DNA from: Lentimonas sp.
Lineage (GTDB): Bacteria; Pseudomonadota; Alphaproteobacteria; Rickettsiales; UBA1997
Assembly: GCA_047628655.1 (NCBI GenBank)
Contig: JBLHVR010000001.1
Coordinates: 1 to 62,983, forward strand
Length of the DNA stretch: 62,983 nucleotides
Direction of reading: 5' to 3'
The notes beneath the pieces are model-generated. The model was not told the DNA's origin. It saw only the letters and a program-made list of their open reading frames with translations, and did no database searches. Positions 39,484 through 48,007 of the stretch are shown here, piece after piece. Each line of letters opens with the position of its first letter. The first letter of the stretch is position 1. Position numbers and translations under genes: made by a program.

Positions 39484-40299
39484 TTAATAAGCGGTTTGGG
39501 TGATGTATTTTTGAGCCCAATACAGCAACATTCCGAAAAACTCTATGTAGTCAATTTCAAATATTAAACAAACAAGGAATGCTAATCCTAAAGCTGGGGC
39601 AAAGGGGAAAGTGTCGTCTTTTTTAAGAAATTTCCAAATTGGACCAAAAATAATACCAAATAAACCACTTAAAATCATGAAAATTAATATTTGATGAACA
39701 CCAAGCATAAAACCAGCAAAAAAGAGGAATTTAATGTCGTCCTCACCAATCCCTTGTTTTTTGGTTAATAGAAGAAATCCGAAATGCAAACCCAAACCAA
39801 CCACCAAAAGCAAAACTCCAGAATAGTAATAATATTCAAAATTATATTCTGAAGGAATTGTTAAATGGTAAATCACTATTAGGAAGCCCAGAAAAACCTG
39901 CGTGAAATCAGGAATAAAATAATATTCTAAATCTACCACCGTCATAATCATCAAGGTCACCGCCATTAGCAGAATCAAGAATAATTTAAGACTAAAAACA
40001 GAACCTAAAGAAAAGAAAATTACCAGAAATAAGATTGCTGTTCCAACTTCAATTAGTGGGTAGCGAATGGAAATTTTTTCAAAACAAAAACCACATTTAC
40101 CTTTGAAGAAAATCCAAGAAAGAACAGGGAATAAGTGACGAATTTTTAGGCCATTTCCACAATTTGGACAAAACGAACCTTTAAAAATAAACTTACTAAC
40201 AGAAATTCTCTCGTCAGAAAATCTATGACTGGCCATTGTAATAAAACTGCCAAAACAAAGGCCAATAATTAGAATAAAAATTTCATTAATTAGAAACAT
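39484..40299 (-). CDS. pilD: Prepilin peptidase (A24 family)
   Basis: CPNCGNGLKIRHLFPVLSWIFFKGKCGFCFEKISIRYPLIE (N-terminal Cys cluster) and a polytopic body with two conserved Asp regions (DLEYYFIPD, GEDDIKF). Confidence 0.87.
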   Translation of the reverse strand: MFLINEIFILIIGLCFGSFITMASHRFSDERISVSKFIFKGSFCPNCGNGLKIRHLFPVLSWIFFKGKCGFCFEKISIRYPLIEVGTAILFLVIFFSLGSVFSLKLFLILLMAVTLMIMTVVDLEYYFIPDFTQVFLGFLIVIYHLTIPSEYNFEYYYYSGVLLLVVGLGLHFGFLLLTKKQGIGEDDIKFLFFAGFMLGVHQILIFMILSGLFGIIFGPIWKFLKKDDTFPFAPALGLAFLVCLIFEIDYIEFFGMLLYWAQKYITQTAY

Positions 40300-40383
40300 T
40301 AATTGATAATTAGGTTTGTGATTAATAGACTCGCTGAAATTTTTCCGCCCTGCATGAGGGCAAAATTACTTCAATAAATTACA

Positions 40384-41313
40384 GTGATTAGAATTTTCCA
40401 TTTTCTACTGCTAATAGTGCTTATTTCATCTTGTAGCCAGCAAAGAGCGCCTGTTATTGACAAAAGCTCGAAGGTTTATGATCGTGGATATTTCAAGCAA
40501 AATTACAAGAATTATTCCAAAAAAAGCACCAGCCGCATCACGCCGAAACCAAGTTGGATCAAAGTAAAATCTGGACAAACAATCTATGGAATTTCACGGA
40601 AATACAACACTTCTTTAAGAGACTTAATCAGACGCAATAACTTAACCGCACCTTACATCTTAAGAGTTGGTCAAAAAATTATTTTACCTAAAGATAATTA
40701 CCACATTGTTAAAAGGAAGGACACTCTCTACGGCATTTCAAGAGCTTATGCAATGAATGTTAACAGTTTAGTTGCCCTTAATAATTTAAAATCACCTTAC
40801 ACAATTAAAGTTGGGCAAAAGCTAAGAATTAACAAAAATGCACCTTTGCAAAAATCGGCCTCCAAACCTTACAAAAAACCACCTAGTAAGTCTATTAAGA
40901 CTCGACCAAAACCAGTTCCAGAATTAAAAGTTGCCAGCAAGAACAATAAATTTGTCAAACCAGCTTCCGGACAAATAATCTCCAAATTCGGCCCCAAAGC
41001 TGGTGGACTTTACAATGACGGAATTAACATTAAAGCTGCTAAAGGCGCAAAAGTAGTAGCAACCGAAGATGGAGTTGTGGCCTATGTTGGCGACGAACTT
41101 CGTGGATATGGAAATTTAATCATCATAAAACATTCCAGCGGATGGATTTCAGCTTACGCCCATTTAGACAAAACTCTTGTAAAAAGAGGATCAAGAGTTA
41201 AAAAGAGGCAGAATATTGCAACTGTTGGCTCAACTGGAAATGTTAAATCGTCACAACTTTACTTTGGATTAAGAAAAGGCCGAGAAGCGGTGAACCCGCA
41301 ATCTTACTTGTAG
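40384..41313 (+). CDS. nlpD: LysM-domain / M23 peptidase lipoprotein (NlpD-like)
   Basis: GTG start and lipobox LISSC. Two LysM repeats (VKSGQTIYGISRKYN..., VKRKDTLYGISRAY...). C-terminal M23 domain (YNDGINI, GYGNLIIIKH, AYAHL, GSTG). Confidence 0.87.
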   Translation: MIRIFHFLLLIVLISSCSQQRAPVIDKSSKVYDRGYFKQNYKNYSKKSTSRITPKPSWIKVKSGQTIYGISRKYNTSLRDLIRRNNLTAPYILRVGQKIILPKDNYHIVKRKDTLYGISRAYAMNVNSLVALNNLKSPYTIKVGQKLRINKNAPLQKSASKPYKKPPSKSIKTRPKPVPELKVASKNNKFVKPASGQIISKFGPKAGGLYNDGINIKAAKGAKVVATEDGVVAYVGDELRGYGNLIIIKHSSGWISAYAHLDKTLVKRGSRVKKRQNIATVGSTGNVKSSQLYFGLRKGREAVNPQSYL

Positions 41314-41320
41314 TAAACAC

Positions 41321-41349
41321 TGTCATCCTGGGTGAAGCAAAAGATGACA
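41321..41349 (+). terminator. Weak candidate terminator (7-bp stem TGTCATC/GATGACA, 15-nt loop, then ATTTTTT)
   Basis: Read directly from the sequence, 8 nt after the nlpD-like stop. The large loop makes it weak. Confidence 0.3.
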
Positions 41350-41383
41350 ATTTTTTAACAGCACAAAATTTAAATTTACATTT

Positions 41384-41614
41384 ATGGCAATTAAGCAGGA
41401 AAATTTAGAAAAACTCATTAAGGAATCTTTTCCAGAAGCAAAAATAGAAATAATCGATTTAGCAGGAGATGATGACCATTACAGCGTTACAATCACCGAT
41501 TCTTCTTTTGCGGGAAAAAGCCGAATTGCTCAACATAAAATGGTCAATTCTGCCTTGAAAGATCACTTAGGAACTACTCTTCACGCAATGCAATTAAAAA
41601 CTTTATCAAACTAA
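41384..41614 (+). CDS. bolA: BolA family protein
   Basis: 76 aa with ...DDHYSVTITDSSFAGKSRIAQHKMVNSAL...LHAMQLKT, typical of BolA; adjacent to a monothiol glutaredoxin. Confidence 0.87.
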   Translation: MAIKQENLEKLIKESFPEAKIEIIDLAGDDDHYSVTITDSSFAGKSRIAQHKMVNSALKDHLGTTLHAMQLKTLSN

Positions 41615-41625
41615 AAAACAAAGCT

Positions 41626-41934
41626 ATGTCAAATATTAAAAACGAAATTGAATCTACTATTAAAAACAACAAAGTCGTTCTTTTCATGAAAGGCAGCAAA
41701 GATTTTCCACAATGTGGTTTTTCGGCCGCAGTCAGCCATATTTTAAGCACAATTGGGGTTGATTTTGTCGATATTGATGTTTTAAAAGATGCCGAATTAA
41801 GACAAGAAATTAAAAACTTTTCCGATTGGCCAACGATTCCTCAGCTTTATGTTAATGGTGAATTTGTTGGTGGATGTGACATCATCAAAGAAATGCATCA
41901 AGATGGTGAATTACAATCACTATTGACTAAATAA
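41626..41934 (+). CDS. grxD: Monothiol glutaredoxin (Grx4 family)
   Basis: VVLFMKGSKDFPQCGFS active site, WPTIPQLYVNGEFVGGCDI. Confidence 0.94.
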   Translation: MSNIKNEIESTIKNNKVVLFMKGSKDFPQCGFSAAVSHILSTIGVDFVDIDVLKDAELRQEIKNFSDWPTIPQLYVNGEFVGGCDIIKEMHQDGELQSLLTK

Positions 41935-41990
41935 ATTTTTCTAAAGCCGATAAAATATGAGCAGAAATCCATTCTCAAGATGGAAACAAC

Positions 41991-42845
41991 TTAAAAAGAA
42001 AACTGATTTCTAAACCAAGTTAATTGCCTTTTGGCATAATTTCTGGTTTTTTGTGAAGCTAAATTAATTGTTTCTTCTTTGCTCATATTTCCTTGCAAAT
42101 AATCTTTAATTTCTAAAAAACCAATGGTTTTAGTTATTAAAGAATTATCATCAGGATTTTGAGAAATTAATTCTTCCACCTCCTTCAAAGCACCATTTTC
42201 AAACATTTTAAGCATTCTTTCATCGCAATTTCTGTAAAGTTCATCCCTTGGAAGATTAACGTTAATATGTTCAAAACATTCCTTGGGATAGAAAACTTTA
42301 TTAGGCTGATCTTGCCACCAAGAAAGGCTTTTTCCCGTCTGTTTTAAAACTTCCAATCTTCTGGTTAATCTTTGCTTATCTAAATTTTCTATCTTTTCCT
42401 CTCCTAAATCTTTAAGCATTTCTACCAATTCTTCCCGCGTTGAATTTTCCGCCAATTGGCGCATTTCCAACCTTAAATTTTCGTCAATTTGCGGAATTTC
42501 ATTAATTCCATCAATTAATTTAGACAAATAAAGCCCCGTTCCACCCACAATAATTGGCAATTTTTCACCCTCAAAAGCCCAATTAATTTCCTTAATTACC
42601 ATTTCCAGCCACAATGCCAAAGAAGAATTTTGGTTGTGTTTTAACGCAGAATACAAAAAATGAGGAGCCTGAGCCTGATCTTCTTTAGCAGGCTGAGCAG
42701 AAAGAATGGGCAATTCTTCATAAAGCTGCATTGAATCGGCATTAATTACAACACCATTTTTTGCAATTGCAGTTTCCAAAGCCAAAGCAGACTTTCCGCT
42801 GGCCGTAGCGCCAGAAATAATTAGAATTTTTTTATCCTTAACCAT
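41991..42845 (-). CDS. miaA: tRNA dimethylallyltransferase
   Basis: ILIISGATASGKSALA P-loop, NADSMQLY, PIIVGGTGLY, YAKRQLTWFRN. Confidence 0.93.
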   Translation of the reverse strand: MVKDKKILIISGATASGKSALALETAIAKNGVVINADSMQLYEELPILSAQPAKEDQAQAPHFLYSALKHNQNSSLALWLEMVIKEINWAFEGEKLPIIVGGTGLYLSKLIDGINEIPQIDENLRLEMRQLAENSTREELVEMLKDLGEEKIENLDKQRLTRRLEVLKQTGKSLSWWQDQPNKVFYPKECFEHINVNLPRDELYRNCDERMLKMFENGALKEVEELISQNPDDNSLITKTIGFLEIKDYLQGNMSKEETINLASQKTRNYAKRQLTWFRNQFSF

Positions 42846-42861
42846 TAATTATCTATAAAAT

Positions 42862-44235
42862 TTGTTTTTAAGAAGAGTAATTCCCAGATCAATTTTCTCT
42901 CGTTTTGTTTTAATGATTGTAATTCCAACAATTGTTGTGCAAATCGTTGCCATTTATGTCTTTTTCTACACCTATGTTGACAATATTAGCAAACATAGAG
43001 CCCGAAGTATTATTGGCGAGATGAGCTTCATTAAGAAATCAATCGATGATAAAAGTAACATACCATTGGCAGAGGAATTTGCAAAAAATATTGGGCTAGA
43101 ATTTGAATTTGTTCCAGAAAAAAGGCTTAGGAATAAGACCATAACCATTAGTCAAAAAAGAGAAAGTAACAAAATTTTAGACTTCCTTAACCCATTTCCA
43201 ATTATTGATTCCCTAAATCGCTTTAAAATTGAGTTAGAAATCCGAGGATTTTTTCCTTTTTACATCTCAAAACATCCTACTGATGAAGATTTATTTGTCC
43301 TTTCAACCCAAACTGAAACCGGACTAATTAGATTCTTCGTTCCAGAAAAAAGAGTCACCAATTCCGCAAAATATGTTTTTACATTGTGGCTAATGTTCAC
43401 TTCATTTCTAACTTCCTTCATCGCCATTGTTTTTCTTAAAAATCAAATTAAGTCCATCAAAGAATTAAATATTGCGGCGGAAAGATTAGGAAGAGGAGAT
43501 AACGAATCTTTCAAACCATCGGGAGCCAAAGAAATTAGATCTCTCGGATTGGCCTTTATTAAAATGAGTGACCGCATAAATCGCCAAATAACCGGACGAA
43601 CTCAAATGCTTTCAGCTGTTTCTCACGATTTAAGAACCCCATTAACTCGAATGAAATTACAGCTAGAAATGATGTCCAAAGATGAAGCGGTAGATGATTT
43701 AAAATCAGATATTTCAGATATGGAGAAATTAATTGATGAGTATCTAGATTTTTCTAAATCTGGCGACACCAGGCGCGAAAAGGCTAAAAAGGTTAATATT
43801 AAAAACTTCCTTGAGGAAATTGTTAAATATTATCAGAAAATGAATAAAAACATTATTCCCAATATTGAGATCAGCAAAGATTTAGAAATTCTGCTAAAAA
43901 AAGACACTTTCAGAAGGGCAATGCGCAATTTAGTCGATAATTCCTTGCATTATGGTGATGAAGTGCAAATTTCAGCAAAAATTAAAGACGAAACTTTAAA
44001 AATCATTATTGATGACAATGGAATTGGAATTTCACCGCAGCAAAGAGACAATATTTTCAAACCTTTCTACCGCATTGATGATTCAAGGAATTTAGATAAA
44101 GAAAGCGAAGAAAGCCCTGGAGCAGGGTTAGGACTTTCAATTGTGATGGATGTAGTAAATTCTCACGGCGGCAGAATTAAAGCCGATGAAAGCCCGAAAA
44201 AGGGCTTAAGAATGACGATTTATTTACCAATCTAA
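42862..44235 (+). CDS. Sensor histidine kinase (EnvZ-like: two TM segments, HAMP, HisKA, HATPase)
   Basis: H-box SAVSHDLRTPLTRM, N-box LVDNSLHYG, G-boxes DDNGIGI and GAGLGLSIV. No response regulator is adjacent. The TTG start at 42862 is only 16 nt from the divergent miaA ATG; the alternative ATG is at 42913. Confidence 0.85.
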   Translation: MFLRRVIPRSIFSRFVLMIVIPTIVVQIVAIYVFFYTYVDNISKHRARSIIGEMSFIKKSIDDKSNIPLAEEFAKNIGLEFEFVPEKRLRNKTITISQKRESNKILDFLNPFPIIDSLNRFKIELEIRGFFPFYISKHPTDEDLFVLSTQTETGLIRFFVPEKRVTNSAKYVFTLWLMFTSFLTSFIAIVFLKNQIKSIKELNIAAERLGRGDNESFKPSGAKEIRSLGLAFIKMSDRINRQITGRTQMLSAVSHDLRTPLTRMKLQLEMMSKDEAVDDLKSDISDMEKLIDEYLDFSKSGDTRREKAKKVNIKNFLEEIVKYYQKMNKNIIPNIEISKDLEILLKKDTFRRAMRNLVDNSLHYGDEVQISAKIKDETLKIIIDDNGIGISPQQRDNIFKPFYRIDDSRNLDKESEESPGAGLGLSIVMDVVNSHGGRIKADESPKKGLRMTIYLPI

Positions 44236-44292
44236 TTATCGAACTCAAGGGTTATTATGGCGATTAGTTTCGATAGTTTTTATTCGAGATAA

Positions 44293-45837
44293 TTAATTAA
44301 TAAATGCCGCTTCACCCTTAATCCTGTAAAGCTCTTTCCTGTTATGTAACACCATGCCATTCCATAATTTTATGCCTACTTGAGTTGAGTTTTCTACTTC
44401 TTTCTGGGTCATCACGCTTCTTACCCTTGACTCTCCAGCGTCTTGACTGGACATATTATTGGCTATGAGATACAAACTGCGCGCCAATTGTAAGTTCTTC
44501 TTTACTCCGGTGCCATGTTCATAAATATTAGCTATTGCAACAATTGATGTCTTATTTCCCTTAGAGGCTGATTTATTGTAATAATTTAGGGCCTTCAATA
44601 TTGCTTCCTTACTATTTAGTTTATCTGACAATGAAAAACTCATTTCAAAAGGCACATATCCTTGCACTGGACGGCGCTGATAAAATTCAGGACGAGCGCT
44701 AACTTTAGGATTTGGATCAAAATCATAGCCATTATAATAAAATATCGCCGTCAATAAGGTGCTTATTGATTTTGTAAATGTAGGACTTTCTTTTGAATCA
44801 GCAATTTCCTTATAAATTTTTAAGGATTTTTCCAAATCTTTTTCCACCACATAGCCTTCCTGATACATTTTTGCCAAATAAAACTTTGCGTCCAAACTGC
44901 CCATTTTCGAAGCTTTTTCTAGCCAAAATTTAGTATTGTCCTCATCTTCCTTGGTTCCATAAGCAAATTTATACATAATTCCAAGATTAGCCATAGCCTC
45001 AACATTATTCTGAAGTGCCGCTTTTTTGTAATAATTGAAACTATCTTTGTAGCTCATTGGTACGTGAGTTCCCGATTTGTAAAACTCCGCAATAATTACT
45101 TGAGATTTATCATGATCAAGGTCGGCGGCTTTTTTAAAATAAATGAACTCTTTGTGATAAAATTTAAATGGCTCAGATTTTAGCTTCAATTTAGTAAATT
45201 TAAAATTTCGATAATCAAGAGCGAGTTTATAATTAAGTTTTCCACTATTTTTTAACTTTTCATGAAGAATATTCTGGGTTTCTTCAAAAGACTTATTTCT
45301 GGCGTTTATTTTAAAATTTTTCTTAAGAAATTTAACCATGATAAGTTTTTCTGCCTCGAGAGCTTTTTGAGAAAAATCTGAAGCCGTAACTATTTTTAAC
45401 TGAGCTAAGTCAGCAACTTTATCTTGAGCAGGTTGATTTTTGATATCCTTCGCGGCATTTTTATAAAAAAGAAGGCTTCTTGCATAATCTGGATTATTAA
45501 AAAGACCATAAGCATGAATATCTCCAAGCCTTAATGAAGAAGCGCTATTTATTGTTTTTGCCAACCATTTCATTTCATGTCGATGACTCACCCAGCGCTC
45601 TAGACCATTTTTATGTATGAGAGATATTATGTAAGCAGAAGATTTGTGCCTTTCATCGAAATTATTTTCACAAAACTTTAAAGCTTCTGAATAATTGCCC
45701 GATTTAAATAAATTTATACAACTTCTCTCGTTTTGGTAGGTAACACTACTTTTGTAATCTGTTGTGCAAGAAGCTGTAAATAATAAGATTAGGGATAATA
45801 ATAAGCTTTTTGCCGACATGCATTTCTGAAATTTCAT
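44293..45837 (-). CDS. Sel1/TPR-like repeat lipoprotein
   Basis: Lipobox LLFTASC. Several Sel1-type repeats (YYKKAALQNNVEAMANLGIMY, WLEKASKMGSLDAKFYLAKMY, YYNKSASKGNKTSIVAIANIY). The start may be at 45819. Confidence 0.8.
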   Translation of the reverse strand: MKFQKCMSAKSLLLSLILLFTASCTTDYKSSVTYQNERSCINLFKSGNYSEALKFCENNFDERHKSSAYIISLIHKNGLERWVSHRHEMKWLAKTINSASSLRLGDIHAYGLFNNPDYARSLLFYKNAAKDIKNQPAQDKVADLAQLKIVTASDFSQKALEAEKLIMVKFLKKNFKINARNKSFEETQNILHEKLKNSGKLNYKLALDYRNFKFTKLKLKSEPFKFYHKEFIYFKKAADLDHDKSQVIIAEFYKSGTHVPMSYKDSFNYYKKAALQNNVEAMANLGIMYKFAYGTKEDEDNTKFWLEKASKMGSLDAKFYLAKMYQEGYVVEKDLEKSLKIYKEIADSKESPTFTKSISTLLTAIFYYNGYDFDPNPKVSARPEFYQRRPVQGYVPFEMSFSLSDKLNSKEAILKALNYYNKSASKGNKTSIVAIANIYEHGTGVKKNLQLARSLYLIANNMSSQDAGESRVRSVMTQKEVENSTQVGIKLWNGMVLHNRKELYRIKGEAAFIN

Positions 45838-45924
45838 AGGATCTGGGTATTTATATTTTGGGCAATTTAATGATTTTGTATCTGCTTACAAAAAGAGGTT
45901 TGAATATGACGTTAAGTGATATTG

Positions 45925-46205
45925 TTAATTATCTTTATTTTTAAGCAAAGTGGCCCCAACTCTTATTTCATCATCGATAAATTCAATTCCACGATCTTCA
46001 AGATTTCTTTTTAAATCTGCCAAAGTTCTAGCATTAATAGTCTTAACAATCGTCTTATTTCCTGAATAATAGTTTTCTTACAAAAAATTACCACAGCTTT
46101 TTGCCTGCCCGACTTTATAGTTTTAACTACAAAACCAACACCATGTAAAACTTTAGAATCTACAGCAAAGGTAAAATTGCCACTTTGAAAAATGAGGATA
46201 ATCTT
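45925..46205 (-). pseudogene. Frameshifted remnant without a start codon, possibly the C-terminus of an HTH regulator
   Basis: Two adjacent minus-strand frames read ...FTFAVDSKVLHGVGFVVKTIKSGRQKAVVIF... and ...NKTIVKTINARTLADLKRNLEDRGIEFIDDEIRVGATLLKNKDN*. Neither has an ATG/GTG/TTG start near its 5' end. Confidence 0.25.
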
Positions 46206-46208
46206 TAA

Positions 46209-47930
46209 TTAAAGATGTACCGCCCCTAAAACAACCCCAGTATTTAAAGGAATAAATGATTTTGGCTCTGATGATGATCTTGGTCTTCCAGGTTCTAATT
46301 TAGAACTAACTGCAACCATAACCTCTCTTAAATAAGGTAAGTTATCTTCGCAAACCTTATCAAGGAGAATTTCTAACTTATCTTCTCCTCTCATATCCGT
46401 TAATCTATTTCTGTCTACAAAATCAGCTTTTCCATCTTTTACAAATTGCGCTGCCGCACCCACCAAATTTCTAACTCCTTGAAGTAAAATTTCAATCTCT
46501 TTGGAATTATTTTTTTTAGAATCCTCAACCAATATTTTTAATTCTCCCACCCCTACCTCAAGCCCAAGCATTTGGGAGCATTTTTTAATTAATTTTTGAT
46601 TATTTTTATCTAAAGCAAATTTAATAAGGACTTCTTGCGGTGAAGATTCTGTATTTTCTGCAGGCAAGTCTGAGGATTCTTTTAAAGGTTCTTCGCTTAT
46701 TAATTGCTTTCTTAGAGAAATAATTTGCGCATAAATTGACTCTCCTTCTTCGCCATAATTTTTTGTTAACTCAGTTAAAACAGCATCATCTTTAATTTCT
46801 GCATTAACATGTAAAAATTGCACAAATATTGCTTTTTCTTCCGAGCCTTCTAATCTAAGATTTCTTTTAACATCTCCGGATTTTTTATCTTCTTTGCTAT
46901 CATCACTTTCTTGCCAGCTCACAAATTTCCTTAATATTACACTCAAATCTTCTGTGCTAGGAAGATGTGATTTAGCGTCAGATTTCTTGCCTCCAGTCAC
47001 AACCAAACCTTTTGAATCGTCATCTAGCGCTCTTTTTTCTATTAATACTGAAGTTTGTTTTAATAAATCTGGCTGTTTAACCTTTTTAATTACTGAATCT
47101 GCTGGTGCCTTTTTTTTATTTGACGACGATTTAACGGAGGGTTTCTTTTTAGAAGTCTTTCCACCCACAGATTTATTTCCCCCCCGCTCCTCTTCTTCAA
47201 TCAACTCCTTCTCAGCTTTAGATGCCTTATCTTCAGATTCCTGAGCTCGAGTGTATTTATCTTTTTTTAACGCTTCTATCAGCCCTAATTTTTCATCTAA
47301 ATAAGAAATAACAAGGTCTACTTCTAGAAAACTTAAAGTTGTCGTTATCAATATGGAGCAGCAATTTAGCACTTCTGTTTTTATTACTTCCGGATTGCCT
47401 TCAGCCACAAAACTTAAATCTTTTAACAAATTAAAAGCCTTAACAGCCCCCCTTAAATATTCCGAGACCGCAACAAGACCTCCTGTTATGGTATCTTCCG
47501 CTTCAAACTTTTCTATCGCACCCTTTATTGAATCTTCTTCTTTTATTTTATCAAAGAAAAGTATCACACACTCCAACAGAAAATTATCTGCATTTCCAGA
47601 TATAACTCTAGAGACAAACTCCAATAACGCAGACGCCGCATTGTCAAATTCTTCATTTAATGCTTCATAGCCCTCCTCGCTGAAAGTTATTCTCTTTTTT
47701 TCTTTAGGAGTTCTTTTGCTACCGTTAGATTGAGAAACTTCACCACTCTCCAAATCCTTAATTTCATCATCCAAACTTTTTAAAGATTCTACTGCTGCAT
47801 TCTTTAATTTTAATGATACCTCTTGCAATTCTTCGAAAGAATATTCAACATTTTCTCCTTCTTCTCTGCTAGAAACATAATCATTTTGACTATCCGTCAA
47901 TTTGGCAGGAGATTGTTTTGAACTTTGCAT
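46209..47930 (-). CDS. Hypothetical 573-aa highly charged protein with no signal peptide, a lysine-rich central stretch and a short hydrophobic C-terminus
   Basis: Long uninterrupted ORF rich in E/K/S/D. Central stretch GGNKSVGGKTSKKKPSVKSSSNKKKAPADSVIKKVK; C-terminus ...FIPLNTGVVLGAVHL. It lies 77 nt downstream of the 1,172-aa gene on the same strand. Confidence 0.6.
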   Translation of the reverse strand: MQSSKQSPAKLTDSQNDYVSSREEGENVEYSFEELQEVSLKLKNAAVESLKSLDDEIKDLESGEVSQSNGSKRTPKEKKRITFSEEGYEALNEEFDNAASALLEFVSRVISGNADNFLLECVILFFDKIKEEDSIKGAIEKFEAEDTITGGLVAVSEYLRGAVKAFNLLKDLSFVAEGNPEVIKTEVLNCCSILITTTLSFLEVDLVISYLDEKLGLIEALKKDKYTRAQESEDKASKAEKELIEEEERGGNKSVGGKTSKKKPSVKSSSNKKKAPADSVIKKVKQPDLLKQTSVLIEKRALDDDSKGLVVTGGKKSDAKSHLPSTEDLSVILRKFVSWQESDDSKEDKKSGDVKRNLRLEGSEEKAIFVQFLHVNAEIKDDAVLTELTKNYGEEGESIYAQIISLRKQLISEEPLKESSDLPAENTESSPQEVLIKFALDKNNQKLIKKCSQMLGLEVGVGELKILVEDSKKNNSKEIEILLQGVRNLVGAAAQFVKDGKADFVDRNRLTDMRGEDKLEILLDKVCEDNLPYLREVMVAVSSKLEPGRPRSSSEPKSFIPLNTGVVLGAVHL

Positions 47931-48007
47931 TTTTAGTTAAAATTAAGAATTATCTTTCAAGGAGGTTTTTGGTATTAAGCTGGTTAAGCAGAGATTATGG
48001 TGAGATT

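Noticed and set aside
42846-42913. Unusual 16-nt divergent spacing between the miaA ATG and the TTG start of the histidine kinase
   Set aside because: This is probably a start-codon ambiguity. An in-frame ATG at 42913 would give a normal 67-nt divergent spacer while keeping the first TM helix. It is not a biological oddity in itself.
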